Assembly: GCA_965649765.1 (NCBI GenBank)
Contig: OZ287749.1
Coordinates: 48,422,001 to 48,486,000, forward strand
Direction of reading: 5' to 3'
Length of the DNA stretch: 64,000 nucleotides
DNA from: Bispira polyomma
Taxonomy: Eukaryota
The notes under the pieces are model-generated. The model saw only the letters and a list, made by a program, of their open reading frames with translations, had not been told where the DNA came from and did not search any database. Made by a program: the position numbers and the translations under genes. This document shows positions 13,378-26,440 of this stretch, in pieces. The first letter of the stretch is position 1, and each line of letters opens with the position of its first letter.

Positions 13378-15646
13378 TTTTTGGCAGCTACACAAAATTA
13401 ATATGGATAGTTTAGAAAGTAATTTACAAATTTTTCCTTTGTTGTTTCACCTTCCAATGAACAATCAATATCTCTCAGACCTTAGCCATTCATACTTTAG
13501 ATAAGAATGCTCCCCTCAAACAAAAACTTACTCCTGACTGGATCACCACTGAATACTGTACTGCCAAATGTCTTTATAGGCAATTGAACGTAAATGAAGA
13601 CAAGACCAATCAGTGCTCAGTTGATCTCGCCTGTGTAGGAAAATCGATCGATGCAACCACATCTTAAACGAGGCAAAAGGTGAATACGATAAGAGACTAT
13701 AGTTACAGACAATAGTAAGAACAGTAGAAAACTTTGGGACACAAAGAACAGATTATACACAGAACACATCTCACCATTCTTCCCTCCCACACCTTAGTGA
13801 AACCCCTCTGTGATGATTTTGACCTTTTTTAGCAACAAAATAGAAAGATAAAAGACAGTTTTCCTGATAAAAGACTGTCATCTACTTTTGTGTTTGAGCT
13901 ATATTTCTATCATTTCTGCTTCTTGTCCTGTCAATAATCATGATATAGTAAGACGTATTAAAGATTCCCTAGGCAAAACATGCAGTCTCGATCCCTGGCT
14001 AAACTCATTAGTCAAGGATTGCCTAGGTATTTTGGTGCCATCCATTAATAAGCTTGTAAATCTCTCCTTACTCAGCGAAACTTTTCTGGTGCTTTTCTCG
14101 TGCACGCTGTTATAGCACCGTTCCCATGATCAAGAAGTCAACACTACCAAAAGATTATTTAAAAAACTAAAGACCAGTTTCTGGCTTATGCTTTATCTCC
14201 AAGTTGCTTCTCAGGTTACCATTGGCCTTCATAAATATAATCTTGGTAACATGTTTCAATTTGCATGTAAATCTAGCCACTCTACTGAAACAGCTCTCCT
14301 CTCTATTAAAATGAGATACATGTGTCACTCTCCAAGGTCATCTTGCTGCTCAGGTTCTGCTGAATCTATCTGCTGCTTTTGACACTAGTGATCATCACAC
14401 TCTCCTACACTGCCTTCCTTCTTGGTATGGTTTCAGTGGTACTGCCCTTATTTGGTTTAAATCATATTTAGCAGACAGATATCAAGTTGTTAAAATTGGT
14501 TCATCTTTATATGACTATATTAAGCTTGAATTTAGTGCCCTTAAGAGTTCAGTTCTTGGTACAATCCTTTTTCATTGTATACAAAACTACTCAGTCGCAT
14601 TATCAGTGCATATAGTTCAATTACCTATTACTTTCATGCTGACAATACACAGTTATACATTCACCTTTTATCATTAAATGCTGCCACTGCATTTGACACT
14701 ATTAAAACCTGCCTTAAAAACATAAATGGATGTTATCAAATAAGCTCAAATTTAATCCTGACAAAACATAATTTATTGTTTTTGGCACAAGTAAACAACG
14801 TACCAAATTATCAAGTTTCTTTCTAATAAACATCCTTGAGACTATGATATCGCCTTTAGATGTTGTACGTAATCTTAGAGTAATGTTTAATGCTGTTTTT
14901 TTCGTTTAGCAAAAACATCACTTCTGTCTGTAAATCCTGTTCTGTCAGTCTGAGTGATCTAAGACAAGTGAAACACTATTTGTCACAAGATACAGCTGTG
15001 TTGTTGGCTAATGCACTTGTGAGCAGTCGCACTGACTATTGTAACTCATTGGTTAGCAGTGTGTCTGCCATGGACATGTCTTGCCTTCAGGCTATACAGA
15101 ATACTCTAGCTCATATCATTACTAATACCTCATAGTATTCCCATACATCTCCTGTTCTAAAATATTTACACTGACTTCCTCTTAAATTTCGATGTATGTT
15201 CAAAACTACCACATTGGTCCACAAGTCTCTTAATACAGATCTCTGAAAATACCTCAGTCCATATCCCACCCTTATCTCAGCAAGTCAATATGTGACGTGG
15301 TAATCCTAACAAATTATTTCTCAATGTTCCTACCTTTGATGGCAGCATACACAGATTAAAAGTCCATTTCAATTGTAGTTTCTCATACACTACACCCAAA
15401 TTATAGAATGACCTACCACAGGATATGAGATGCTCACCTTCCCGTTCAACCTTTAAAAGCAAGCAGGTTCTATCTCTATCCAAAAGCTTATCCCGACTTA
15501 CTTACCATCACCAACTCCCTCCTTGGTAAGGACCCCTTTTCCGTTCACAATAACATGATTACCAAATAGAAATTCTGATTTTTTTGCACCCTAGAATCCG
15601 CTAGTATGGAGATTAAGAACCATTACGGAATTGATTAGATTAGATT
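13378..15646 (+). mobile_element. Degenerate 5'-truncated L2/CR1-group LINE
   Basis: Fragments KTCSLDPW, HSTETALL, HADNTQLYI, ANALVSSRTDYCNSL; (TTAGA)n tail. Confidence 0.9.
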
Positions 15647-15821
15647 GATATTTGAATACTGTTACAACTAGTGGTGCCTCGGACTTGGCGAATAGTCAAC
15701 TCGTCGAGAAATTTTGTTGTTATACTTATTCCTAATGGGTATTTCCGGTGATGATTAACGGTGGGAGTGACATTTAATCATAAAATTTGACGTTCGCCGA
15801 GTAGAAGCAGCAAATAACAAA

Positions 15822-16736
15822 ATGTTTTCCTGGGTAACAAAAGATGGTAACAGAAAAAAAGAACCGGAGATGTATGAAAGTGTGGCTGATGGCCTCAAGC
15901 GTCTGTATAGGCAGAAACTTTTTCCTCTAGAGGAACATTACAAATTCCATGACTTTCATTCCCCACAACTGGATGATCCCGATTTTGATGCCAAACCGAT
16001 GGTTCTGTTAGTGGGGCAGTACTCCACCGGGAAGACAACCTTCATCAAGTATCTCCTTGAACAGGATTTTCCTGGCATACGCATTGGTCCAGAACCCACC
16101 ACAGATCGTTTTATTTGTGTTATGTACAATGAAACAGATGGTGTACTTCCAGGAAATGCTTTAGTGGTTGATCCAACCAAGCAATTCCGACCACTTTCAA
16201 AATTTGGAAATGCCTTTTTAAACAGGTTTCAGTGTTCACAGCTAAATAACCCTGTGCTAAAGAGCATTTCTATTGTCGACACACCAGGTATCTTGTCTGG
16301 GGAAAAGCAAAGAACAGACCGAGGGTACAACTTTAGTTCAGTTGTTGAATGGCTGGCGGAGAGAGTGGATCGCATCATTCTGCTCTTCGATGCTCACAAG
16401 TTGGATATTTCAGATGAATTCCGCCTTGTCATAGAAAGCATGAAAGGCTATGATGAGAAGATCAGAATTGTATTGAACAAAGCTGACCGAGTGGATCATC
16501 AGCAGCTGATGCGCGTGTATGGAGCTTTGATGTGGTCTCTAGGCAAAGTGCTGAGGACCCCTGAAGTGGCAAGAGTGTACATTGGTTCATTTTGGGATGA
16601 GCCATTGCATTTTGACATGAACAGAAAGCTGTTTGAGTTGGAAGAACAAGATTTATTTGATGACTTGCAGAGCTTACCTCGCAATGCATCTCTTCGAAAG
16701 TTGAATGATCTTATCAAAAGGGCAAGGCTGGCAAAG
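15822..16736 (+). CDS. EHD1: EH domain-containing protein (EHD1/3, Past1/RME-1 orthologue) coding exon 1, 305 codons, dynamin-like ATPase domain
   Basis: MFSW start, P-loop GQYSTGKT, GPEPTTD, DTPGILSGEKQR, NKAD; ends RARLAK|gtttgt donor at 16737. Confidence 0.97.
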
Positions 16737-17440
16737 GTTTGTATGTTTATCGACGTCAAGGCTGTTGTGTAAATATTTTATGGTAATTATGTTATCACTT
16801 GATCCATGAGTTCACTATTCAATATATATTGAGATGCTGATGTATCAAAGTAACTAGACCAAGTAATCTGTTCCTATTTAAGGAGATTTTTTGCTGTTAT
16901 TTTGACGGCTGAATCACGAACCGGGACAGAACAGATACTGCTACAAAAACCTGGTAAATTTAGTGTGACGTAAAATGGCTGACAGAGTTGTGACAATGTT
17001 TGTGTTTTTATGTTATATTACTTGAGATGTACCATGAAATAACACAAAGCAGTTACTTTATCTTATATAAGGAATGGGGGTATGTATTTACTTTAACCAG
17101 ATTCTATCTCTATATATGCAAATTTTGATTTACAATGTTTTGCTTATGGTAGCTGCTCTGTTGCCAATCGGCTATATTGCTTAAAAAAATTTCATTAGCA
17201 GCAGAATGCTCAGTCTACAAAGAAACATACTTGTTATTAACTATTTTAGTAATTTGGAAACTTATTGAAATTAAATGTGTAGAAAATACACAACTTTGAG
17301 GTAATAAATGTTCTTTATTGGATTAATTTACATTAAAAGTGGAAAGTACAGTATCAAAAATGTCCTTATCAAGGTTTATGGTACTTTTCTATGCTTTTTA
17401 ACAAAGAAAAAGTGTCATGAGCTTCCTTTATCTGTTACAG

Positions 17441-17605
17441 GTTCATGCATTCATCATAAGTCATTTAAGGAAGGAAATGCCAGCGATGTTTGGAAAGGAA
17501 TCAAAGAAAAAGGAATTAATACATAATTTGGGTTCAATTTTTGCATCTCTTCAGCGTGAGCATCAGATTTCACCTGGTGATTTCCCAAATTTAGAGCGCA
17601 TGCAG
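17441..17605 (+). CDS. EHD1: EHD coding exon 2 (55 codons, helical domain)
   Basis: ttacag|VHAFIISHLRKEMPAMFGKESKKKELI...ISPGDFPNLERMQ|gttggt; phase 0 both sides. Confidence 0.95.
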
Positions 17606-17796
17606 GTTGGTGTTCATGTATTTGGCTATAAAATGTACATTGTATCCTGATTATACAGATATCAGTCTTCTTGCCTGTGGCATATGATGTAAAGTAACAC
17701 TGCTATTATCCAAATATTTGATTTTACAAACATAGTTTCCCTTTTTAAAATTTACATTTTCCTGTTGTTTTGTACTGAAATGTCATTTCTAATTTT

Positions 17797-20065
17797 TAAC
17801 GAGTGAGCAGCCTGGGACAGGCTAGAGGCGCTCACTCGTTGATGCAATTTGTCAGAATTTGTGTGGGGACAGCATTTTCTTAAAATTAGCCCGAAAATTT
17901 GATTTCATACTTACCAGGTATCCTTTTTTTAATTCTGGGGATAATGCAGTCAATTTGTTTTTTTAATAAAAAACTATAACAACTGTTTTAAAAATCTAGG
18001 CCTCGCTGACATAACCTTTGACATAGAAAGGACTTCTTCACTTTCTAGCCTTGCCTTGTCTTCTTCCACACATAATTCTTTTTGTGTGGAAAAAGACAAA
18101 GTGTCCAGTGAGTGTGGGTGTGTGTGTGAGAGAGAGGGGAGGGGGGATTTGCTGTAGTGAATGAATGTGTTTGAGAGTGACATGTGTGTGTGAAGATCTA
18201 GTGTGTGTGGGATGCTGTGAAGGGTGTATGTTGGGGTGGTGTGTTGACAGTAATATTATCCTACTTAAGTTAATTATAATCAAAAGCATGTTAATGAAGT
18301 CTATCAGTATTATGCTATTAAATATTATTAAATGTAATTTCAATATAAAAATGAGGTTGGTGTCACTCTTACAAATATTTAGAACCAGTGTTTAAAGTTA
18401 AATTTTTCAGGAATAAAATGTTATTTCAGCTCCACTGCATTTCTGTAAAGAGATTTTGTAATGTGTTTTTAATTATGGGAATTTTACTAGTAATCACAGT
18501 ATGTGTACACATGTTACTTCTATATTGTTCTTCAAGTTTGAATAATATTTTCAACAACATTTTTTCCCCATAAAATTTTACTCTTTTATTGTCATAAAAA
18601 AATTCACATTTAAAACAATATGTTTTATCCATGCTATAGTTAATGTTTTTTAAAGGGATATACAAGTGGAGTTATTAAAACAGATTGAGTGAAAAATATA
18701 TACTAAAATAAAAGGGATAAATTCTTATATTTATTTTGCAATATATATAACATTTTTTTTTTTCTCAGTAATACAAATACTAAAAATTTTGCATACTAAC
18801 ATATCCCTTATTATAACTATATCCTTTTTGAATTCTGGGGATGATGCAGTCAATTAATTTTTTTATAAAAAAAAACTATAATAATGGTTTTAAAAATCTA
18901 GGTCGCACTGACATAAGTTTGATCTATATAGTCACATATTTAATTTCTAGCATTGCCGACTAGCAAAAATGGCCCATATTTATAAAAACACTGTATTTAC
19001 GCGAAAAATCAATAAAAAATCTATCACCATATATTTAATGCAAACCACGTGTATTGCCGAATATTTTAATTTTAGTAAATTATACAGTTACGAATGATCT
19101 TCGCGAGAATTGTTTACATTGGACATTTTGTCACTCAAGGCCCCACCTAGCGAGTTCTACAAAAAAATAAAGTTCTAGAGACCAAGTTTACAAAATAATT
19201 AGAAACGTCCAGAAAACGGAAATCTCAACCTGTTTCCTGAAGTCTGCTGTGTCCCCACATTCTAGCCCTTACCTGTGGCAATATTGTTCAAAATTATTAT
19301 TGACTACATACATCTGACAACAAAGGAACCTAAATTTTGCACACATATTAAAAACCCCCGGTTTCTGTATATTATTACAATAAAAATGGCTAATTTTCCT
19401 CAAGAAGAAATCAATTATAAGTTTTAAGTTATAGGGTGAACAGATAATTTCTGGGGGTAACTTATTGGTTCACAGGTCGACAAATAATATTTTTTTTTTT
19501 TACTTTTAGGTTGACATGTTGACCAATAATTTTTTTTTTGCAAGTTATAGGTAGATAGGTTAACAGATAGAGAAATAAATTTCTTTGTAACTCATAGGTT
19601 GACAGGTCGACAGATAAATTTTGTTCATTTTAGTTTTAAGTAGACAGGTGGGGAGATAGATGGATAAATTTTTTTGTAGCGTATAGGTTCATTAGGTTGA
19701 CAGGTCGACAGATAATATATTTTTATTTTACTTTTAGGTTGATAGATGATTTTTCTAAAGTTATAGGTAGACAGGTTGACAGGAATAAGTCTGCGATTCA
19801 TCGGTGACTGATTGCTTGTAGTTAGAATTGACTTTGCACTTGGGAATTTGGTATCATCACAGAAGGGGAGCGGATTCGATACTAGCACAATAAAACCTAC
19901 TTATGAAAAATAGCCTGCAATTTCCCTAATACACCTAAAATATGGTAAACACCATATTTCTTTTATTAGACTTGCTCGATCCGATTCCTCACTATTTCAT
20001 AAAAGTTACTCTAACTAAGCGGAGCGAGTACGTGACCGATTCATCGGTCACTGGGTGCTTGTCTA
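17797..20065 (+). mobile_element. Composite Helentron-like repeat cluster in EHD intron 2
   Basis: 5' IR AACGAGTGAGC/GCTCACTCGTT; ~120-bp direct repeat 17918/18820; GGTTGACAGGTCGAC tandem array 19420-19790; 3' hairpin GTGACCGATTCATCGGTCAC + CTTGT. Confidence 0.55.
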
Positions 20066-22467
20066 TTTTATAAACCTTCTGTTATCCCAACAAAATCTTG
20101 CTTTCCCAACAGGTTCAGATAATAACAGTTCTACTGTATTTTATAGCATGTTTTATAGAGTAAAGGGCTTTAAAGTTTTTTATAAAGTGCTAAATAAATT
20201 TTGTATAATTATAATAATAATATAATAATAGCACGTTTATAGCAACAGAAGAAACACCAGAGCATGTTGAGGTTTAAAGTGTCGATTAAAAAAAGGTGTT
20301 GTCTTTTTATTTTTTCAAACACATTATTTTTTTTACTACTTCTTATTACTGACCTGTCAAAACTTAAAAAATGAAACAATAATCGGTTAATTTTGGTTCT
20401 CACCCTAAACATCTAATGATACATGAAACAAAAATCCCATTTACATGAGCCATTACTCTATACAGTATATATATAGATTTCCGCAAACCGTTTATTGCTA
20501 AAATATATTAAATTAGCCCATAATAAGATCCTTATGACATGGATTTGGTGAAATTGCAATGATTTCTAGGTTTCCACACATTTTGTACAATAATTCTTAA
20601 TATATATATTTTGGTAAAACCGGTTCTTGCTTTTGACTTCCGATGGATCGTTTTAGTATTTAAACTAAAGAGAAAGCTATTATCCGATTTGCTGTTTTCT
20701 ACACTACCAAATATAGGGTAAGGGTTTTCAGTTCAGTTTTAAGATGTCAATTTTGAAAAAAATTTTGTCTTTTTAAACAACATTTATTTGCTACTCCGTA
20801 TTACTGATCTGCCCAAAAGGGGATTTTTTTAATGCTATTGTGGGACAAAATTGTCTCCATATACCCTGATTAAGTGGTATTGGAGATGTTGATGCATAGA
20901 TGTAAAAGTGGTATTGTAAATTTTTACAATATGCATTCAAGTACCAACTCGGATGAGTCGTGAGGTATTCAACAGTACAGGGCTTTTTTTACATATATTA
21001 AAGTACAGGTACTTTTACTGGCGAGTACAAGTACAATACCAGTACAGTTTAATATGTACTCGAGTACATTGACCCCAACCCTGGGCAACATCAGACCAAT
21101 CCATTCTGACTTATCATCAGAACAATCTATGGGGTACGTATTCCAATACTGGTGGAGATGTTGGGTTACATCTCCAGGGTGGATCTCAGGAAGTGAGAAT
21201 CATAGGAACTTGGTCTTTCTTACATGATATATTTATTTATTACTGTAGTTTTGCAACTGTATAGCCTGAACTTACTTTGACTATGGAGTTATGACCTTGT
21301 CCATATAATACTGTGTGTACTTTATATCACAAACCGCTTGTAACAGGAAATATGTACCAATATCTGATAAAATGTGTATATATACAACATTACGATCTGA
21401 TCTCATTTTAATCTTGGAGTAATGACCTAAACTTGAAAAAAACTTTCTAGGAACTGCTCAAAGTAAGTTTATATTTGGTACAGATGTTCATTTGGAATGT
21501 TGATGTTGTTTGTATGTGTAGTTTCCACATGTACGTGCTCATTGCTCACAGATTCAATCACACCTCAATATAAAAGTGCTTTAAAACTGTCATACTAGTA
21601 AAATAATACTGCAGCTATCCTTTATAAAATCTAAATTACAGAATACAATGTACTAAAAATATATATATATATATTTGTTTATGATGGGCCTTGAATTAGA
21701 AGATATATGATGGACTAAAATAAAATTTCAATAACCATTAACAAGCAGTCAATAAAATGCTATTTCATTTGGAAATGGTTTAGATGATGTGTGTTATAAC
21801 TACATAATAGTTGAGACCTTTCACAATGGTATCGGGTATTTAACGTATTGTTTGAGATGCTCTTGTGGTATTTCAGGTCAATATCTGCAGCATTCTTTTA
21901 ACTCTTTGCCAAAGAGCATGTTAATCTGCAAATCCAAACTGTTGGAAAGAACTTCACAGTGTACCTTGTTTGGGCGTATTGTGTATTCAGACTATTCACA
22001 GAAGAGTAGATAACTTAAATATAATCTGCATTGTTATTTGTTAATCACAGACTACACTGTACAGTAGATTGATACTTTATAGTAAAAGATATACGATTAT
22101 ATATAAATAGAGAGAAATATGTACACCTGCCCATGTCAATTAAGAGATGATACATAGTAAAATTTAAACAATGATTTCATGTAGCAGCACTTCTATCTAT
22201 TATAATTCGGATATTCGGACACAGAGATTGCAAAGGCCATATTAACAATCATTTCTTACTTTTTTAGTCTCAGCCAATCAGATCCACTACCGATACTTTA
22301 ACCAATCAGCTTGGCTGAAATATAGAGTTAAGAATAAAAATCTTTGTGAATACTGGACCAGATATAAGCAGCCAAATGTACTTGCAAAATTACTTCATGA
22401 TCAGGTATTTGCATTTGTACATTAGTGCCAAATCAAAGCGAGGCTTGCTGACAAACTTAAGCCATAA

Positions 22468-23070
22468 TGGCCTGGTCACACCTACACGTGCTAACGTCTT
22501 ACAACGTAACAAAGAAAGTAAACTGAAAATGTGGTAGCTTTGTGTCGAAGTGACATCATTTTCACAAAAAGGGGAGTCGATTGTGACGTTTTTTGACAAT
22601 GTTGGTACTTGTACACACGGAGCAGGGGGGGGAAACAAACACTTTACTGGTAGGATATCAACACCTACTACTATGTAGAGCTACTATACTGCTACTTATT
22701 GGTGCATTCTGTTGCCTTCTGCTACTTAGTGAAACATTTCTCGACTAACAGAGACAAATGGAGACAATCTCGTTACTTACTGGAACTTCCTCGCTACCTA
22801 CTACTACATAGAGCTACTTTCTGAAACATTCCGGGACGAACAGAGAAACGTGGAGAAACGGGAGCTGTGACACGACTGTTTCAAACAGTTTGAAACAATC
22901 ATTGCAGCAGACGAAACGGAGACGTTTCCGGAACGATATCATCCGTTAAGCAATGTCGCGGAACAAACGCACCAGGGATCATCACTTTGTCATTACCTTC
23001 TACTGCGTTTCCAAACAGTTAAAAACATCACACACACGTAGCTCCAGCACGTGTAGGTGTGACCAGGCTT
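22468..23070. mobile_element. PIF/Harbinger-type MITE (603 bp)
   Basis: TIR GCCTGGTCACACCTACACGTGCT / AGCACGTGTAGGTGTGACCAGGC; TAA on both flanks. Confidence 0.85.
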
Positions 23071-24035
23071 TAAGTCAGACTAATCAATGGCTGATAATAC
23101 TCTATCACTATCATAAAAGTCACTTGTAAGGTTGAAAAAAACTGACTGCTTTAATAACAAAACATGGTACACACTGCAGCTCATGATGATGAATTATAAT
23201 TACAGAAATGATACATTATGATTATCTTATATTTGTAGATAACCTATTAGCATTTAAGTGTCTGTACATCTGCCATTGTGTTTTTTTTTGTTGTTGCAAC
23301 AGACTGGCTATTATTGTGTGTAAATAAGTCATGTATGGAGATAAGAGTTGTTTAACAGTTTCAAACACAACAACTAGAATGCCTAAATAGAGCTAATATA
23401 TTGTGGTATTGTGAGTTCATTAGATAAGAATGAATTGTTTTGGGCTGCATTTTTCTGTCTTAATTACTGGGTTTAGTTAGTTGGGATATGTTGCCCATGA
23501 TGTAAATTTCGGCAGACAAATATCCCCTTAAGATATTAACTGTGCTGATTTTCTTGATGCCATTACAATGGTTGTATTGTTTACATTATTTCCAAAAAGG
23601 TTCTGGTTTGTCCAAGGGAGTTTGTCAGTATATGCATAGCAGTCACATGCTGTGACCCCAGTTTAAAGTTTCAATCTAGCAGCTCTAACATGTAAACCTT
23701 AGCCTGGCCAGTTTTCATCAAATGGTCGAAAAAGGGCATATATTGTACAGAAATATTGAAATGGCCTTCAAAAAGAACTGAATATTGTCTTAACTTCACT
23801 ATGTAAATACTGTTCCTTAAGATTGATATTTTTACCTTTTTCAACAAAAATACATATTATAGAGATACACAGTAGTAATTTTGTTAGCTATTCTTGGCAC
23901 AAAAAGAATGTACATGTTCACGAAAAATTAATACCTCCCCTTTAAATTTTGAGGTTTTTTTTGTCGTCTACAGTAAGTGCATTAAGAAGACTGTGCTTAA
24001 GGATTCAACTATAAAATGTTTCTTTTTCTTCACAG

Positions 24036-24566
24036 GAGCAGCTACAGTTCCACGACTTTACTAAGTTTCATGCAATGAAGCCCAAACTCTTGGAGGTTGT
24101 TGACTCCATGCTAGCCAATGATATTGCACGGCTCATGAACATGCTGCCTAATGAAGAAAGCATGAAGAACGCCGGGCCTTCAGTCAAAGGCGGAGCTTTC
24201 GATGGGATGAGCGACAGCCCATTTGGGGTCGGCAAGGGTGAGGGTGCTGACAAAGGTCGCGGGGAGGTTGAATGGGTTGTCAGCAAGGAAAGGTACAAGT
24301 ATGACGAAATCTTTGAGAGCCTCAATCCCATTGAAGGCAAGGTCACAGGGTCAGCGGCCAAAGCTGAAATGGTCAAGTCACGGTTGCCTAATTCGACGCT
24401 TGGTAAGGTGTGGAAACTATCTGACGTTGATAAAGATGGAATGCTGGATGCGGATGAGTTTGCTTTGTCTATGCACCTGATAAACATTAAATTAGATGGC
24501 CACGAATTGCCCTCTGAGTTACCTCCTCACTTAATCCCACCCTCAAAAAAGGGCTTTGCACCGTAA
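24036..24566 (+). CDS. EHD1: EHD coding exon 3 (C-terminal EH domain, stop TAA)
   Basis: tttcttcacag|EQLQFHDF...SPFG...LGKVWKLSDVDKDGMLDADEFALSMHLI...LPPHLIPPSKK; EF-hand EH motif; total protein 536 aa. Confidence 0.96.
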   Translation, partial: EQLQFHDFTKFHAMKPKLLEVVDSMLANDIARLMNMLPNEESMKNAGPSVKGGAFDGMSDSPFGVGKGEGADKGRGEVEWVVSKERYKYDEIFESLNPIEGKVTGSAAKAEMVKSRLPNSTLGKVWKLSDVDKDGMLDADEFALSMHLINIKLDGHELPSELPPHLIPPSKKGFAP

Positions 24567-25965
24567 AACGGGTAAACGGTTGTTTGATCTAGCCATGTGA
24601 TTGTGTAGGTTTTGTAATACGTTTGATAATTAAAGGGGGGTATTTTTTGTTTTAAGGCTGTGTCTTTAATTATAATTTTTTGGGACAAAATAGTCTTAAG
24701 ATAGTTAATGTATGATCATTTTTTTTACAAGACTTTGAGAAAACATTAACCATTGTAGTATTTGTCATCGAGATAACAAGTTATTTGTATGATGTCCTGT
24801 TTACATTGCTAGGGCTGTTCCTACTTTCTATGGGATGAAACATTGTATGTTTCTGTGTCCATTTAAGATGATGTTTCGTAAGATATTTCCGGTTGATCAT
24901 TAATACACAATTTGTGTTGGTACACAGTATTACTGTGAAACCTCTTATCATCTGAGCTTCTAGTATCTGAATATTCTATAATTTTATAAACCTATTATCT
25001 AAAATAAAAATAATCATCCCCTATGTGAATACTTGTATTTTATAAAAGACAAACACAATATTGGTGACTATGATTTCATGAAATATATAACTTACAGATA
25101 ACAAAACTTTGTCAAAAGAGGTTGTACTATGTTGATTGGGTGATTAGTCTTTTAATTGTTTGAAACTGTTGGAATTAGCGCGGTTATGTTAACAGTATTT
25201 AAAGTGCTTGTATTGTGTGCTGCCACTTTGGCATTACTTATAATAATTACATTGTTAAAAATACTAAATTAGATGTCTTTCTGTATTGTAGCTTTGCTTC
25301 TGTGTTGTCTTTTTATTCCGTCTCAGATTTAGTCATCATCAGTGTATAGGTATAATATATAGTCATTCCAATAAAGCACATTAGCCCCTTACTTTCTATT
25401 TATAACATGTGCAAATTTTGTTTTAAAGTTTCTTTGTGAAACACTATGAGTAAATAAATCTTGATCTAGTAGAAGTGGTTTTAAAGAATAGTATATTTCA
25501 GATATGTGATTGACAAAAGTTTGGAAAATAGAGGCATATCTGAATGAAGAATTTTATTACAAGAATCAAGATAGGTGTATATATGTCAATTATTATTTAA
25601 TAATAAATCATACAAAGTATTGAAATGCTATATCATAATTTCCTGAAACAAATTTAAGCTGTTGCCATTTACCAAATAAAGCCTAACCTTAAATGAGGGA
25701 TATTAAAATATATGACCGTTTATTTTGTAACTTATAAAAAAATATTCTTTTATTAATCTGTACCTGAGGTTGTAACTTGTAAATACATTGACATAGATGA
25801 CATTCAGCCTTCAGGAAATATCGTTGACGTATAGATAGTTGGGGGGACAGTTAAAATGTGTGGTCATTCAAGGGTCGTTGACACTACAGCATTGTCATTG
25901 GTCAGTCTTAATTTCTATAATCCGTCATTCCACAGATGCCCAACTACAAATAACGAAGTAGCCTG

Positions 25966-26213
25966 GGGCCATATTCTCAAAAAGATCTCAAGCGTAAAAT
26001 AGACCTAAGGTCAAAACTAAAGTCCACATATGTCTGGCTGGCTACAGTAAAATTAAGTTCAATCAGATTGTATATTTGAACTCGGCACTGAAAGCCCTAT
26101 TAAAGTCAATGGTCACAAGTACAGGGTATGTCTATACATAAGGACTTTGGCATATAGTTCACATTTAAATTGAGTCTGAGTTTAAGCTTCAGTTTCTTTC
26201 TAGAATATGGCCC
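25966..26213. mobile_element. Harbinger-type MITE (248 bp)
   Basis: TIR GGGCCATATTCT / AGAATATGGCCC, TSD CTG; partial relative at ~55360-55483. Confidence 0.8.
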
Positions 26214-26286
26214 CTGGTCTGTAAACCTCTGTGTTTGTCTTCTATAGCCTTTTCTAGTGATAAACTAAACATGAAATTTTTTTTTA

Positions 26287-26440
26287 GGTCCTCAGTGGCT
26301 GAGTGGTTAGCAAATTTGGCATCTAATCACAGGCTGTCACCTCTGTGTGGGTTCGCCTCCCACAAGTGACAAATTCCGTAGGCCTGTCCTAATGTGACCC
26401 TGGCTGCTGAACGGGATGTAAAACCCTAAATTTTGACTTT
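26287..26440 (+). mobile_element. Short tRNA-SINE sharing head and tail with family A
   Basis: TGGCTGAGTGGTTAG box A, GGTTCGCCTCC box B, tcacctct, gggatgtaaaaccc tail. Confidence 0.7.

Noticed and set aside
16737-16772. ORF-track C-terminal tails of EHD, IYD and HS3ST ORFs
   Set aside because: Read-through into introns beyond GT donors; homology stops at the donors
24068-24487. Antisense ORFs over EHD, YPEL5 and LINE coding regions
   Set aside because: Shadow ORFs of GC-richer real coding sequence with no recognisable motifs
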